64,000 nucleotides of DNA from Candidatus Omnitrophota bacterium. GTDB lineage: Bacteria > Omnitrophota > Gorgyraeia > Gygaellales > Profunditerraquicolaceae. This document shows positions 15,967 to 26,944 of the stretch, piece by piece. The notes under the pieces were generated by a model that ran no database searches, had not been told where the DNA came from, and worked only from the letters and a program-made list of their open reading frames with translations. Location of the stretch: assembly GCA_028716965.1 (NCBI GenBank), contig JAQUOV010000007.1, positions 58,795 through 122,794 on the forward strand, written 5' to 3'. Position 1 is the stretch's first letter. The number at the start of each line of letters is the position of its first letter. The translations under genes and the position numbers were made by a program.

Positions 15967-17220
15967 ATGGCTAGATTCCGCGAAGTATTAAGAAACCGTA
16001 ATTTCTTCCTGTTGTGGATGGGGCAGATTATCTCCCAACTGGGAGACAGGCTTGGCCAAATGGCTCTGATCGCCTTTGTTTACCTGCGCGCCCCGGGCTC
16101 CAGCTTACAGATTGCCAAGATCCTTTCTTTTACCATAATTCCGGTATTTATTATCGGCCCGCTGGCCGGTGTCTACGTGGACCGCTGGGACAGGCGCAGG
16201 ACAATGTTTATCTGCGATTTCCTGCGCAGTTTACTGGTCCTGGCTATCCCATTATTTTTGTTCTATGCGAAAAGCCTTGGTCCGGTTTATTTGATTATAT
16301 TTATAGCATTTTCTATCGGGAGGTTTTTTGTGCCGGCCAAGCTTTCCATTATACCGGACTTGGTGGACAAAAAGGACTTGCTGATCGCCAACTCCCTTGT
16401 CAATACGACCGGCATGATTGCGGCTGTTTTGGGGTTTGGGATAAGCGGCGTGCTTGTGGAGTGGCTGGGTGCTAAAAGTGGTTTTTATCTTGATTCCTTA
16501 AGTTTCTTAATTTCAGCGGCGTGTATTTTTATGATCTCTAAGAAGTTTATGGTAGAGATGGATTTGAAGAAGGTTGGCCAGGAGATCATAGAGGTAATCA
16601 GTAAGTCCGTATTCCAGGAGATCAAGGAGGGGGTGCTTTATTTCATCCGTAAGAAGGATATCCGTTTTACCGCCGGGATTATCTTTGCTCTCTGGTCGGC
16701 ATTAGGGGCGGTCTATGTGGTAATCATTGTCTTTGTGCAGAATACCTTGCATTCGGCGACTAAAGACCTGGGGCTCCTGGTGATGTTCTTAGGCATCGGT
16801 TTGTTCCTCGGCTCCCTGGTTTATGGAAGATTCGGCCAGCGCATTGCGCATTATAAGGTTATCTTTGTTTCATTGGTCTTAAGCGGGATAATGCTGGACA
16901 TTTTTGCCCTGGGGATATATAATTATCCCAATTTTGCCCTGGCTGCACTTCTGGCACTATGCTTAGGCTTGATCATCGCACCGATTATGATCGCGTCTAA
17001 TACTATTATCTACAATGTAAGCGATAACGATATGCTGGGTAAGATATTTAGTTCTATGGAGATAGTTATGCATCTGGGTTTTCTTTTGTTTATGTTTGTC
17101 AGCAGTATGCTGGCGGAAAGGTTTTCTAACCTGTTGATTTTGGTCATCGTAGGCGGCTTATTAAGCATATTGGGTTTGGTAAGTTTGTTCTATAACCGGA
17201 AGGCGGCATGGTTAAATTAG
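15967..17220 (+). CDS. MFS transporter
   Basis: 417 aa, about 12 TM helices. DRWDRRR motif in loop 2-3. Confidence 0.7.
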   Translation: MARFREVLRNRNFFLLWMGQIISQLGDRLGQMALIAFVYLRAPGSSLQIAKILSFTIIPVFIIGPLAGVYVDRWDRRRTMFICDFLRSLLVLAIPLFLFYAKSLGPVYLIIFIAFSIGRFFVPAKLSIIPDLVDKKDLLIANSLVNTTGMIAAVLGFGISGVLVEWLGAKSGFYLDSLSFLISAACIFMISKKFMVEMDLKKVGQEIIEVISKSVFQEIKEGVLYFIRKKDIRFTAGIIFALWSALGAVYVVIIVFVQNTLHSATKDLGLLVMFLGIGLFLGSLVYGRFGQRIAHYKVIFVSLVLSGIMLDIFALGIYNYPNFALAALLALCLGLIIAPIMIASNTIIYNVSDNDMLGKIFSSMEIVMHLGFLLFMFVSSMLAERFSNLLILVIVGGLLSILGLVSLFYNRKAAWLN

Positions 17221-18482
17221 CGGAAAACAAACATTATTCTGAGCATAAGGCGATTGAGAGATTACCGGTTCCCTCCAAGGTTTATCTGCCTCTAATCCAG
17301 CATTTGGGTAAGATCTGTACCCCGGAGGTAAAGGTTGGCGATACGGTCAAATCCGGCCAAAGGATTGCCGCAGCGCAGTCCGGTGTCTATGCGCCTATTC
17401 ATGCTTCAATACCCGGCGTGGTTGCCGCAATACAGGATTGGCCGCATCCTGTTTTGGGCAGGGCCAAGGCGATCGTTTTGGAAGGGGATGGTCATTGCGA
17501 AGGCGAGGCTTTTGTTTTAAAAAGCCGCAAGGAGGTGGAGAAGCTTAGTCTTGAGGATATCAGGAGGATAGTTTTAGATGCCGGTATAGTCGGTATGGGC
17601 GGGGCCAGCTTCCCCACGCATATAAAGTTGAATCCTCCGAAGCCGCTTAATACCCTCATCATAAACGGCGCTGAATGCGAGCCGTACCTGACAGCAGATG
17701 CCCGCTTGATGGTTGAAAAAACCGCGGAAATTGTAGAAGGTATTGCCTTGATCGCCTCAGCCCTGGGGATAAAAGAAATCTATATCGGGATAGAGGACAA
17801 TAAACCCGAAGCGATAAAAGCATTTTCCGCTTTCCCGCAAGTTAAAGTAAAAGTCTTGAAGTCGGATTACCCGCAAGGCGGAGAAAAACAATTAATCCTG
17901 AATATTTTAGGAAAAGAGATCCCCCGCGGCAAGCTGCCTTTTGATATCGGCGTGCTGGTGCAGAATGTGGCTACTGTTTACGCTATTTACGAGGCGGTGT
18001 TCAAGGGGAAGCCTTTGATTGAGAGGGTGGTTACAGTTACGGGAAGTTGTCTGGAAAACCCTAAGAATCTTCTTGTGCGTTTAGGCACGCCGGTAAAGAA
18101 TTTAATTGATTCCTGCGGCCCGCTTAAAGAGGAGCCGGTAAAGATCATTTTCGGAGGCCCGATGATGGGTATTGCCCAATATACAGATGAGGTGCCTATA
18201 ATAAAGTCCAGCGGCGGCCTGCTGCTGATGAATGAAAAAGAAGCCCAAACCTTGGAAGAGGGGCCTTGTATACGCTGCGCTGCCTGCCTGCGGGGTTGCC
18301 CGGCAGGGCTTATGCCTTGCCAGATCAATTTAGCTTCAGAAAGGTCACTGTGGCAGTTGGCCAAAGATTATGGGGCTGCAGATTGTATAGAATGCGGAAT
18401 ATGTAATTACGTCTGTCCGGCAAACCGCAGGTTATTACAGACGATTAAAAGGGCGAAATTGGAGGTATTAAAGATAAAATGA
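17208..18482 (+). CDS. rnfC: Rnf electron-transport complex subunit C
   Basis: NADH/FMN-binding region plus two 4Fe-4S motifs (CIRCAACLRGCP and CIECGICNYVCP). Confidence 0.85.
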   Translation: MVKLAENKHYSEHKAIERLPVPSKVYLPLIQHLGKICTPEVKVGDTVKSGQRIAAAQSGVYAPIHASIPGVVAAIQDWPHPVLGRAKAIVLEGDGHCEGEAFVLKSRKEVEKLSLEDIRRIVLDAGIVGMGGASFPTHIKLNPPKPLNTLIINGAECEPYLTADARLMVEKTAEIVEGIALIASALGIKEIYIGIEDNKPEAIKAFSAFPQVKVKVLKSDYPQGGEKQLILNILGKEIPRGKLPFDIGVLVQNVATVYAIYEAVFKGKPLIERVVTVTGSCLENPKNLLVRLGTPVKNLIDSCGPLKEEPVKIIFGGPMMGIAQYTDEVPIIKSSGGLLLMNEKEAQTLEEGPCIRCAACLRGCPAGLMPCQINLASERSLWQLAKDYGAADCIECGICNYVCPANRRLLQTIKRAKLEVLKIK

Positions 18483-19003
18483 AGGAGATGGTCCGTTACG
18501 GTTTTACCTTAGCGTTAATCTGTGTAATCTCCGCAGGGTTATTGTCGGCGGTAGATATGCTTACCCGCTCTAAGATTGCCGCTCAAGCCCTGGCAGAAGA
18601 GCAGGCAGCGCTTAAAGAGGTTATGCCTGAAGCCGCAAAATTTACCGAGGTAAAATCAGGCGGGGAGATATTATATTACAGGGCGTTTGACAGCCAGGAT
18701 AAACTGATAGGTTTTGCGTTTAAGGCCGGCGGCAAAGGTTATTCCAGCGTAATCGAGACTTTAGCCGGCATCTTCCTTGATGGTAAGATAAGCGCAATAA
18801 AGGTTATCTCTATAAATGAGACCCCGGGTTTAGGCATGCGCGTTGCGCAGGACAGTTTTACCAGGCAGTTTAAGGGTCAGGATGCGTTGAGTTTATCGGC
18901 AGTAGAAGCAATCTCCGGGGTAACGATTTCAAGCCGCGCGGTAATAGATTCAGTGATTAAGAAAGCACAGGAGTTAAAAGAGTTGATAAAAAATGAGAAA
19001 TAA
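18479..19003 (+). CDS. rnfG: Rnf complex subunit G (FMN-binding)
   Basis: N-terminal TM helix. FMN_bind motif ISGVTISSRAV. Confidence 0.8.
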   Translation: MKEMVRYGFTLALICVISAGLLSAVDMLTRSKIAAQALAEEQAALKEVMPEAAKFTEVKSGGEILYYRAFDSQDKLIGFAFKAGGKGYSSVIETLAGIFLDGKISAIKVISINETPGLGMRVAQDSFTRQFKGQDALSLSAVEAISGVTISSRAVIDSVIKKAQELKELIKNEK

Positions 19004-19934
19004 GCTTTTAGTTTCCGGATCCCCCCATATCCATAAGAATGAATCTGTTCCGAGGATCATGTGGACGGTAGTGTTAAGCACTATACCCGCAGGCATTGCC
19101 GGAGTAATCATATTCGGCTTAAGCGCGCTTTGGGTTATTTTGCTTGCGGTTATTGCCGCGGTAGCGACGGAAGCCGTATTTGAAGTATGGACCAAGAACA
19201 AGATTACGGTGATGGACGGTTCAGCGGTAATTACCGGTATATTACTTGCTTACAATCTTCCGCCTAATGTGCCTTTATGGCTTCCGATAGCCGGTTCGGT
19301 ATTTTCTATTGCTATCGGTAAACAGGTTTTTGGCGGGCTGGGGCAGAATATCTTTAATCCCGCCTTGGTAGGCAGGGTCTTCCTTATGGCCTCCTGGCCG
19401 AAATATATGACCAGTTTTGCCAGGCCCTTCAGTTATGACGCGGTAACCTCCGCTACCCCGCTGGCTGCGCTAAAAGAAGGCAAGGTGCTGGAACATCTTT
19501 CTTATCTGGATTTATTCCTGGGCAAACGCGGCGGATGTATCGGCGAAGTCTGCATCCTGGCTTTATTAATCGGCGCGGCGGTTCTGTTGTACAAAGGATA
19601 TATCTCCTGGCATATCCCCGCAAGCTATATTCTTACTACTGCCGTATTTATGTATATTTTTGGCGCTAAACAATTATTCCATGGAGACTGGCTGTTCCAT
19701 GTATTAAACGGAGGGTTGATCCTGGGCGCATTTTTCATGGCTACCGATTATGTGGCTACGCCTTTGACTATAAAGGGGCAGCTTATTTTCGGCGTAGGGT
19801 GCGGGTTGTTGACGGCGATTATCCGCATCTGGGGAGGGTACCCCGAGGGCGTATCATATGCCATATTAATGATGAATGCGGCCACGCCTTTTATTGACCG
19901 TTACACCAAAAACAGGATTTACGGGACTAAATGA
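18993..19934 (+). CDS. rnfD: Rnf complex subunit D
   Basis: Polytopic. NIFNPALVGRVFL and the FMN-attachment region typical of RnfD/NqrB. Confidence 0.85.
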   Translation: MRNKLLVSGSPHIHKNESVPRIMWTVVLSTIPAGIAGVIIFGLSALWVILLAVIAAVATEAVFEVWTKNKITVMDGSAVITGILLAYNLPPNVPLWLPIAGSVFSIAIGKQVFGGLGQNIFNPALVGRVFLMASWPKYMTSFARPFSYDAVTSATPLAALKEGKVLEHLSYLDLFLGKRGGCIGEVCILALLIGAAVLLYKGYISWHIPASYILTTAVFMYIFGAKQLFHGDWLFHVLNGGLILGAFFMATDYVATPLTIKGQLIFGVGCGLLTAIIRIWGGYPEGVSYAILMMNAATPFIDRYTKNRIYGTK

Positions 19935-20524
19935 AGAGCTTGATTAAGGAATTTACTAAGGGCATAATAAAAGAAAACCCTACATTTGTTTTGGCCTTGG
20001 GGTTGTGCCCGACCCTGGCAGTGTCCGTGTCGGTAGCTAACGGTATCGGCATGGGCGTTGCGGCAACATTCGTGCTTTTGGGGTCCAGCGTAATTATTTC
20101 TTTGGTTAAGAATTTTATCCCTAACAAGATACGCATACCTTGTTTTATCGTAATCATCGCCACCTTTGTTACTATAATTGAATTGTGCTTAAAAGCTTAT
20201 AGCCCGGTTTTAGACCGGGCCCTGGGTATCTATGTGCCGTTAATTGTCGTTAATTGCATAGTTTTAGGCCGCGCCGAAGCTTTTGCCTGCAAAAATAATC
20301 TTCTTAGTTCGTTTCTCGACGGCTTAGGCATGGGCATAGGTTTTACCCTTGCGCTCATCCTTATTTCAGCAATCAGGGAGTTTTTGGGTTCAGGCCAGAT
20401 ATTGGGGCATACACTGATTAAGGGTTTTGAGCCGGTATTTGTTTTCGGTATGCCTTCGGGCGCGCTATTGGTAATCGGTTTGCTGCTTGGTTTCTTCAAT
20501 CTGCTAAGGAATAGAAAAACATGA
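19931..20524 (+). CDS. rnfE: Rnf complex subunit E
   Basis: LGLCPTLAVS motif of RnfE/NqrD. 197 aa. Confidence 0.85.
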   Translation: MKSLIKEFTKGIIKENPTFVLALGLCPTLAVSVSVANGIGMGVAATFVLLGSSVIISLVKNFIPNKIRIPCFIVIIATFVTIIELCLKAYSPVLDRALGIYVPLIVVNCIVLGRAEAFACKNNLLSSFLDGLGMGIGFTLALILISAIREFLGSGQILGHTLIKGFEPVFVFGMPSGALLVIGLLLGFFNLLRNRKT

Positions 20525-21129
20525 ACGTCCAGGCGTTTTTGAGCATATTTATTTCTTCGGTATTTATTTACAATGTCATATTATCGCGTTTCTTAGGGTT
20601 ATGCCCTTTTGTGGCTATCTCCAAGAATACCAAACAGGCATTTGCTATGAGCGCGGCGGTTACCTTTGTTATTACCGCAGCTTCCGCTGTGACCTGGCTT
20701 ATTTACCGGTTTCTTCTGCTTCCTTTTAATCTGGCGTATCTGCGTACCCTTTCTTTTGTTCTGGTAATTGCCGCCCTTGTGCAATTGATTGAAATGGTGA
20801 TCAGGAAAACAAGTCCTGTTTTATACCGGGCTTTTGGTATTTACCTTACTTTAATTACTACAAATTGCGCAGTGTTAGGCGCCGCAGTATTGAATATTGA
20901 TATGTTTTTTGTAAACGGCAAGGCGGTTGCCGGGAGTTTTTATTATTCGGTTTTTCAGGGGTTCTGTATGGGGTTAGGTTATACTTTAGCCATGCTGATA
21001 ATGTCTGGGATAAGGGAGAGGCTTGAACTTTGTAATGTTCCTAAGGCATTAAAGGATTTTCCCCTCGCCTTCATTATCGCTTCAGTCTTAAGTCTAAGTT
21101 TTATGGGTTTTAACGGGTTTAAATTCTGA
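20521..21129 (+). CDS. rnfA: Rnf complex subunit A
   Basis: LGLCPFVAIS motif of RnfA/NqrE. 202 aa. Confidence 0.85.
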   Translation: MNVQAFLSIFISSVFIYNVILSRFLGLCPFVAISKNTKQAFAMSAAVTFVITAASAVTWLIYRFLLLPFNLAYLRTLSFVLVIAALVQLIEMVIRKTSPVLYRAFGIYLTLITTNCAVLGAAVLNIDMFFVNGKAVAGSFYYSVFQGFCMGLGYTLAMLIMSGIRERLELCNVPKALKDFPLAFIIASVLSLSFMGFNGFKF

Positions 21130-21917
21130 TGGAAATCTTATTTGCTGTAATTATCCTGGGCTCATTAGGGCTTATTTTCGGCGTAGGCTTAGCTATTGCC
21201 TCAAAGAGATTTAACGTTAAAGTTGACCCAAAGTTAGAACAAGTTCAGCACCTGCTGCCGGGGGCTAATTGCGGGGCATGCGGGAACCCCGGGTGTTTTG
21301 GCTTTGCCGAAAGCCTGTTAGAAGGAAAGAATACCGTGGAGAGCTGCCGGGTTTGCAGCGAGGAGATAAAGGAAAAGATCGCCGGTATCATGGGGGTGTC
21401 CCTGGAGAAACAAACCAAGAAAATAGCTACTTTGCATTGTAATGGCGGCTTGAAAGTTAAAGATAAATACGCCTATAGCGGAGTCAATGATTGTATTGCT
21501 GCTAATTTAGTTTTGGGGGGGCAGAAGTCATGCGTGTTTGCCTGCCTGGGTTTCGGTACCTGTGCAAAGGCCTGCCCTTTTGGGGCCATCAGTATGTCCG
21601 ACGAGGGCCTGCCGGTAGTGGATAAAGTTAAATGCCGTTCCTGCAACAAATGCGTATTGGCTTGTCCAAAGAAATTATTCTCCCTTGTGTCTATATCTAA
21701 CAGCGTGTATGTGGCATGCAGTTCGCATGATGCGGGCAGGGATGTAAAAGCTGTTTGCCCCGTAGGCTGTATTGCCTGCAGGTTGTGCGAGAAGGCCTGT
21801 AAATTTGACGCCATCCGTGTAATAGACAACCTGGCAGTGATTGATTACCATAAATGCACTTCTTGTAAAGCATGCGTTAAGGTTTGCCCCACTAAAACTA
21901 TCAGGGTGCGGGAATGA
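21129..21917 (+). CDS. rnfB: Rnf complex subunit B (polyferredoxin)
   Basis: N-terminal TM helix. CGACGNPGCFGF motif plus multiple 4Fe-4S CxxCxxCxxxCP motifs. Confidence 0.8.
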   Translation: MEILFAVIILGSLGLIFGVGLAIASKRFNVKVDPKLEQVQHLLPGANCGACGNPGCFGFAESLLEGKNTVESCRVCSEEIKEKIAGIMGVSLEKQTKKIATLHCNGGLKVKDKYAYSGVNDCIAANLVLGGQKSCVFACLGFGTCAKACPFGAISMSDEGLPVVDKVKCRSCNKCVLACPKKLFSLVSISNSVYVACSSHDAGRDVKAVCPVGCIACRLCEKACKFDAIRVIDNLAVIDYHKCTSCKACVKVCPTKTIRVRE

Positions 21918-22507
21918 ATTTAGCCATATTTGCTTCTGGCAACGGAAGTAATTTCTCCGCAATTGTGAAGGCAATAAGACAATCCAGGATTAAGGCGAAG
22001 TTGGTGATCCTGGTATGCGACAGGCCCCGGGCTTTTGTGGTCAAGCGCGCAAAAAAGGAAAAGGTGCGGGTTGTTTTGGTCAGGCGTGAAGACTTTGTCA
22101 GCCGCGCAGATTTTGAGATGGCGATAATCCAGAGACTGAGAAGTTATAAAATAGATTTGATCGCATTAGCCGGGTTCATGCGTATGCTCAGCCCTTCTTT
22201 TGTCAGGCGATACCGTAAGCGCATCTTAAATATCCATCCGTCATTGCTCCCCGCTTTTAAGGGCTCTCATGCCATAAAAGACGCCATTGATCATAAAGCT
22301 TCCTTTACCGGAGTAACGGTGCATTTTGTAGATGAACAGATGGACCATGGCCCGGTAATCTTGCAGGAGCGCATAAAGATCAGGAGCAATGATACCTTGT
22401 CCCTGCTTGAAAAGAGGATCCATGCCCTTGAACACAGGATGTATCCCCGGGTAATTGAATTATTCTGCAGCGGAAGGATAAAATACCCAAAGCGCCCGGG
22501 TATTTAG
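21914..22507 (+). CDS. purN: Phosphoribosylglycinamide formyltransferase PurN
   Basis: N-terminal FASGNGSNF and the catalytic NIHPSLLPAFKG motif. Confidence 0.85.
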   Translation: MNLAIFASGNGSNFSAIVKAIRQSRIKAKLVILVCDRPRAFVVKRAKKEKVRVVLVRREDFVSRADFEMAIIQRLRSYKIDLIALAGFMRMLSPSFVRRYRKRILNIHPSLLPAFKGSHAIKDAIDHKASFTGVTVHFVDEQMDHGPVILQERIKIRSNDTLSLLEKRIHALEHRMYPRVIELFCSGRIKYPKRPGI

Positions 22508-22510
22508 CTT

Positions 22511-23398
22511 CTATTCTTTAGGCCCGGCACAGACAGCTGCGCGGTTAAGGATGGTCTTTGCGCCGGTTACCAGGTTGGTCATTTCTACAAGATTAAAATT
22601 CTTAAATGCGTAGGTATTCAGGGTAAGGGAGACTATCTTTAAGACTTCACGGTCAATATCCGCATTCTTTCCTACCTCCGGCTTCTGGAATTTCATTCTT
22701 ATGCGGCCCTGGATCTGGTCAGCCAGAAATTCATCCAAAGTTATATCCCGGTAAACCAGATGTTCTCCTTCTCTGTCTCCGATGATCTGCGCGGAAACCC
22801 CCGTATCCTGGACAATCCGGTGCTGGTATTCTGTCTGGGAGATAAAACCGTATGAAAGCTTCTTTAAATCCATGTAATAAAAAACCTGCGTCAGCTCAAA
22901 ACCATTTGCTATATCCGCCGTAACAATACAGAAAAAGATGGGGCTTTTTGTTTCTTCCCGGTTATCCATACTGAAAAATACCCTGCGGATAACCTGGAGC
23001 ACGTTGAATATCTTTGTATTTACGGATTTATCTAATGTCATCTCCTGCTGTTTTTCTGTTTCGGGGACCGGCTTAACGGAATAGCTGATTTCCAGGATCC
23101 TCTGGTTAAACCAGTTCTTCTTATCTTCAACAAGGAACCTTTCGATATATTTCTCCGGCTTGTCGGATTTGATGATTATATTCTCAAGCGGCAGGTATAC
23201 CCAGAAAGTGCGGCCTGCAAGCTTTGTCACAATATCAAGCTGGTATTCCTTTTTGCATATGTCTTTGACTGCCTTGGAGATATTTTCCTTTAAGAATGTA
23301 GGTGCGGTAGATGATGTGCAGGATGATAAAAATAGAATAAGGGGGATAAGCTTAAGGGCGGCTCTTGCCAAATTCTTTGAAGATAGCTTCGATTTCAT
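22511..23398 (-). CDS. Hypothetical lipoprotein
   Basis: Signal peptide with lipobox LSSCTSS. No recognisable domain. Start uncertain: the ORF extends to 23413 and overlaps the ftsH 3' end. Confidence 0.5.
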   Translation of the reverse strand: MKSKLSSKNLARAALKLIPLILFLSSCTSSTAPTFLKENISKAVKDICKKEYQLDIVTKLAGRTFWVYLPLENIIIKSDKPEKYIERFLVEDKKNWFNQRILEISYSVKPVPETEKQQEMTLDKSVNTKIFNVLQVIRRVFFSMDNREETKSPIFFCIVTADIANGFELTQVFYYMDLKKLSYGFISQTEYQHRIVQDTGVSAQIIGDREGEHLVYRDITLDEFLADQIQGRIRMKFQKPEVGKNADIDREVLKIVSLTLNTYAFKNFNLVEMTNLVTGAKTILNRAAVCAGPKE

Positions 23399-25043
23399 CG
23401 TAATTAAGCTCATTTTTCTCTACAAGTTCCTTGGCCAGGCGATCCATAAGCGGCTCTTCTTTTTTAAGCAGAGCGGTTACTTCAGTAAGGCAGGTGTTTA
23501 ATATATCCTGGACATCGCCATCCAGCTTACCCTTGACATCTTCGGAGATATTGTTTACCATCTCCCAGTTGCCTAAGAACCCGCTCTTGCCCATGCCGCA
23601 GACCCAGACCATATTGTGGGCATGATGCATGGCGTTGGAAAAGTCGCCGTATACGCCGGAGGTTGTTGCGTTATATTTGATCTTCTCGGCGGCGTATGAG
23701 CCCAGACTGATCTTTATTTTACTAAGCAGTTCATTGGAGTCTTCGATAAAGGTATCTTCCCTTTCCGGAATCCATGTCGCCCCGCCCGTAGGCCCGCGCG
23801 GGGTGATGGTTATTTTAAAAACATCTTTAGAAGGGGCCAGCAGATAAGTAGTAATGGCATGCCCGCTTTCGTGATAAGCGGTTTGCCATTTCTCTTTCTC
23901 GCTTAACTTTATCCTGCGTTTTATGCCCAGGGCGATCCTCTCCCGTGCTTCGTCTATCTCTTTCATGCTGATTAATGATTTCTGGTTGCGCACGGCAATT
24001 AATGCCGCCTCCCGCACTATATTGGCGATATCCGCAGGGCTTTGGCCTACGGTGATACGCGCCAAGCGGTCAATCTTTACATCCTGCATGTCAAATCTTA
24101 CTTTTTTCAGGTAATAAGCAAAGAGTTTGCTGCGGTCTTCCAGGTTAGGCTTATCGACGATTATCTTGCGGTCAAACCTTCCCGGCCTAAGCAGGGCAGG
24201 GTCAAGGTAGGTCTCGGGAGCGTTGGTAGCCCCGATCAAGATAACGTTATAGTCTTTGTCCTTAAGGCCGTCCATTTCGACCAGCAGCTGGTTTAATGTA
24301 GTATTATGTTCGGTAGTTCCTCCGAAGCCGCGGTCCATGGAGCGTTGTGCTCCTATGGCGTCAATCTCGTCGATAAAGATTATGCAGCCGCCTTCAAGCT
24401 CAGCCAGCTGCTGTGCCCTTTTGAACAGCGAACGCACCCTTCCGGCTCCCACGCCGACAAACATCTCCACAAACTCCGAACCCGACATGGAAATAAAGGG
24501 AAGCTTGGTTTCCGTAGCGATTGCCTTGGCCAGGTAAGTCTTACCGCATCCCGGAGGTCCGAGCATAAGGATACCTTTTAGGATCTTTCCTCCGATACGC
24601 TGGAGGCTTACGCGGTCAATAATCAGCTTAACTACCTCCAGGGCTTCTTGTTTTGCTTCATCCATACCGACCACATCATCCCAGGTGACACCGACATCCT
24701 TGCCGGCGGTTGATTTCTTGCTGGTCTGGGAGAAAGACGATGCCCCGCGTTTAAAGTAGAGCCAATACATAAGATATGTGTATACAAATCCGAAGATAAG
24801 GGCCATGATAATCTGCAGATATAACTGCAGTGGTACCATCGCCAACTGTGATTGTCTTAGATAGGATTCTGATTCATTCCAGGCGCGCAGGCCGATAATA
24901 ATGAAGAAGACCAGGGATATGGCCAGGGCGGCCAAGAAGAAAAAAAGGAGGACTTTTAGCCAATGCAGTTTTATGTAGAACCTTATTTTTTTCCAGTTCA
25001 TGAATGTTCCTGTCTTTGCTCGCAGGCATGTAAAATTCAACAT
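23352..25043 (-). CDS. ftsH: ATP-dependent zinc metalloprotease FtsH family (short periplasmic loop)
   Basis: Two N-terminal TM helices. AAA+ Walker A GPPGCGKT and Walker [10 protein letters not shown]41 zinc motif HESGHAI. Confidence 0.8.
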   Translation of the reverse strand: MLNFTCLRAKTGTFMNWKKIRFYIKLHWLKVLLFFFLAALAISLVFFIIIGLRAWNESESYLRQSQLAMVPLQLYLQIIMALIFGFVYTYLMYWLYFKRGASSFSQTSKKSTAGKDVGVTWDDVVGMDEAKQEALEVVKLIIDRVSLQRIGGKILKGILMLGPPGCGKTYLAKAIATETKLPFISMSGSEFVEMFVGVGAGRVRSLFKRAQQLAELEGGCIIFIDEIDAIGAQRSMDRGFGGTTEHNTTLNQLLVEMDGLKDKDYNVILIGATNAPETYLDPALLRPGRFDRKIIVDKPNLEDRSKLFAYYLKKVRFDMQDVKIDRLARITVGQSPADIANIVREAALIAVRNQKSLISMKEIDEARERIALGIKRRIKLSEKEKWQTAYHESGHAITTYLLAPSKDVFKITITPRGPTGGATWIPEREDTFIEDSNELLSKIKISLGSYAAEKIKYNATTSGVYGDFSNAMHHAHNMVWVCGMGKSGFLGNWEMVNNISEDVKGKLDGDVQDILNTCLTEVTALLKKEEPLMDRLAKELVEKNELNYDEIEAIFKEFGKSRP

Positions 25044-25088
25044 ATAGAAAATAACATATATGAGCTTTTAAGTCAAATCTTTTCTTCC

Positions 25089-25116
25089 CTTGACTTGGTA
25101 GTTTTTGCGTGTATAA
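25089..25116 (+). promoter_or_regulatory. Sigma70-like promoter TTGACT-16-TATAAT upstream of eno
   Basis: Near-consensus boxes about 45 nt upstream of the RBS aaaggagag. Confidence 0.45.
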
Positions 25117-25160
25117 TTATAAAGTTGTTTGAAAAAATACTCAAAAAGGAGAGAACAGAA

Positions 25161-26426
25161 ATGGCAAAAATCAAGAAGGTTTTAGCGCGTCAGATCCTGG
25201 ACTCGCGCGGGAATCCCACGGTGGAAGTAGACTGTATTTTGACAAACGGGATATTAGGGCGCGCCGCGGTCCCTTCGGGTGCTTCTACCGGAGATAAAGA
25301 AGCCCTGGAGTTAAGGGATGGCGATAAGGAGAAGTATTTAGGTAAAGGAGTGTTAAAAGCAGTCGCAAACGTCAATACCACAATCAACTCCGCCCTCCGC
25401 GGGCAAACTGCGGATTTCGCAAAAACCGATAAACTTCTGATTAAGCTGGACGGCACGGAATTTAAGTCTAATCTTGGAGCCAATGCTATCCTGGGGGTTT
25501 CCATAGCAGTAGCCAAAGCCGCCGCGCTTTCCAAAAAGCAGCCGCTTTATAAATTCTTAGGCGGCCCCAAAGCAAGGATCCTGCCTGTTCCTTTAATGAA
25601 TATCTTAAACGGCGGAATGCACGCCGATAATAACCTGGATATTCAGGAGTTTATGATTATGCCGCAAGGCGCGCCTAATTTTTCAGAGGCTTTGCGCGCG
25701 GCAGACGAAGTATTCCATAATCTAAAGTCCATTTTAAAATCCAGGAAGCTTTCTACTTCCGTAGGAGATGAAGGAGGGTTTGCCCCAAACCTGGACTCTA
25801 ATGAAGAGGCCTTAAGCCTGATTATTGAAGCGATTAAGAAAGCAGGTTATCTTCCGGGGAAAGATATCTCTCTGGCTTTGGATTGCGCTGCCAGCTCTTT
25901 TTGTAAGGACGGCAAATATATTTTTGAAGGCTCTCAAAAAACGGCAGCAGATTTAATAGCTATCTATGAGGGTTGGATCAGCCGCTATCCTATCTTATCT
26001 ATTGAAGACGGTCTTTCGGAACATGATTGGAGCGGCTGGGGCCAGATGACCAGGGTCTTAGGCGGCAAAATCCAGCTGGTAGGGGATGACATCTTTGTTA
26101 CCAACCCGAAGATATTCAAAAAAGGGATTGCAGAAAATATTGCCAATGCTATACTGATTAAAGTCAACCAGATCGGGTCGCTTTCAGAGACCCTTGAGGC
26201 AATCGCAATTGCCAGAAAGAATAAATATAACGCTATAATTTCGCACCGCTCTGGGGAGACAGAAGACACTACTATCGCCCATCTGGCGGTGGCCAGCGGT
26301 GTAGGCCAGATCAAGACCGGTTCCTTATCCCGCACCGACAGGATCTGCAAATACAACGAGCTTTTAAGGATTGAAGAGGAATTAGGCAAAAAAGCAGTCT
26401 ATGCGGGGATATCCTGGAAGAGGTAG
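25161..26426 (+). CDS. eno: Enolase
   Basis: [25 protein letters not shown]-terminus. The full enolase pattern includes SHRSGETED. Confidence 0.92.
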   Translation: MAKIKKVLARQILDSRGNPTVEVDCILTNGILGRAAVPSGASTGDKEALELRDGDKEKYLGKGVLKAVANVNTTINSALRGQTADFAKTDKLLIKLDGTEFKSNLGANAILGVSIAVAKAAALSKKQPLYKFLGGPKARILPVPLMNILNGGMHADNNLDIQEFMIMPQGAPNFSEALRAADEVFHNLKSILKSRKLSTSVGDEGGFAPNLDSNEEALSLIIEAIKKAGYLPGKDISLALDCAASSFCKDGKYIFEGSQKTAADLIAIYEGWISRYPILSIEDGLSEHDWSGWGQMTRVLGGKIQLVGDDIFVTNPKIFKKGIAENIANAILIKVNQIGSLSETLEAIAIARKNKYNAIISHRSGETEDTTIAHLAVASGVGQIKTGSLSRTDRICKYNELLRIEEELGKKAVYAGISWKR

Positions 26427-26708
26427 ATGCTTTTTACATTAAGGAAAGCTTTTTGGCTTTTTGGTTTTACGGTCCTGCTTTTAGTCTTGTTTCTGCCGGG
26501 CTATATAAAATTGCAGGGGTTGAGGGCGAAAAACCGCCAGTTAGAGAAGAGTTTTCGCAAACTGGCAATTGAAAATTATCTTTTGCAGGAAGAGCTTAAG
26601 CGGGTCGAGAATGATCCGGTTTATCAGGAAAAGATGGCCCGGGATAAGATGGGGGTAGTAAGGAAAGGCGAGATTCCCATTAAGATCTTTTCCGATAAGA
26701 AAAGGTAA
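26427..26708 (+). CDS. Septum formation initiator FtsB/DivIC family
   Basis: 93 aa with N-terminal TM, a coiled coil and the C-terminal motif PVYQEKMARDKMGVVRKGEIPIKI. Confidence 0.65.
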   Translation: MLFTLRKAFWLFGFTVLLLVLFLPGYIKLQGLRAKNRQLEKSFRKLAIENYLLQEELKRVENDPVYQEKMARDKMGVVRKGEIPIKIFSDKKR

Positions 26709-26786
26709 CTAGCCCCCTGTTCATTTTGTTCGCAAGTCCCTTGCGAAAACGCAAGGATTTAACTAAATAGAAGCTTTAAGGTGTTC

Positions 26787-26940
26787 GGATTTCGCCGGAT
26801 CAAAACTTATGGTGCTCTTATCCTTGATTTCACTATTGTTCAATCAAGGATTTCGCCGGATCAAAACTTATGGTGCTCTTATCCTTGATTTCACTATTGT
26901 TCAATCAAGGATTTCGCCGGATCAAAACTTATGGTGCTCA
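26787..26940. repeat. Tandem repeat, 61-bp unit x about 2.5, immediately upstream of tRNA-Met
   Basis: The unit ggatttcgccggatcaaaacttatggtgctcttatccttgatttcactattgttcaatcaa recurs at 26787, 26848 and 26909. Each unit holds the 8-bp inverted repeat ccttgatt...aatcaagg. Confidence 0.8.
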
Positions 26941-26944
26941 ATTT

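Noticed and set aside
16014-16475. 153-aa plus-strand ORF in an alternative frame of the MFS transporter gene
   Set aside because: Same strand but out of frame with a convincing 12-TM transporter. Composition is driven by the GC-rich overlapping frame.
24042-24581. Several plus-strand ORFs (63 to 93 aa) antisense to ftsH
   Set aside because: Shadow ORFs within a strongly supported AAA/M41 protease gene.
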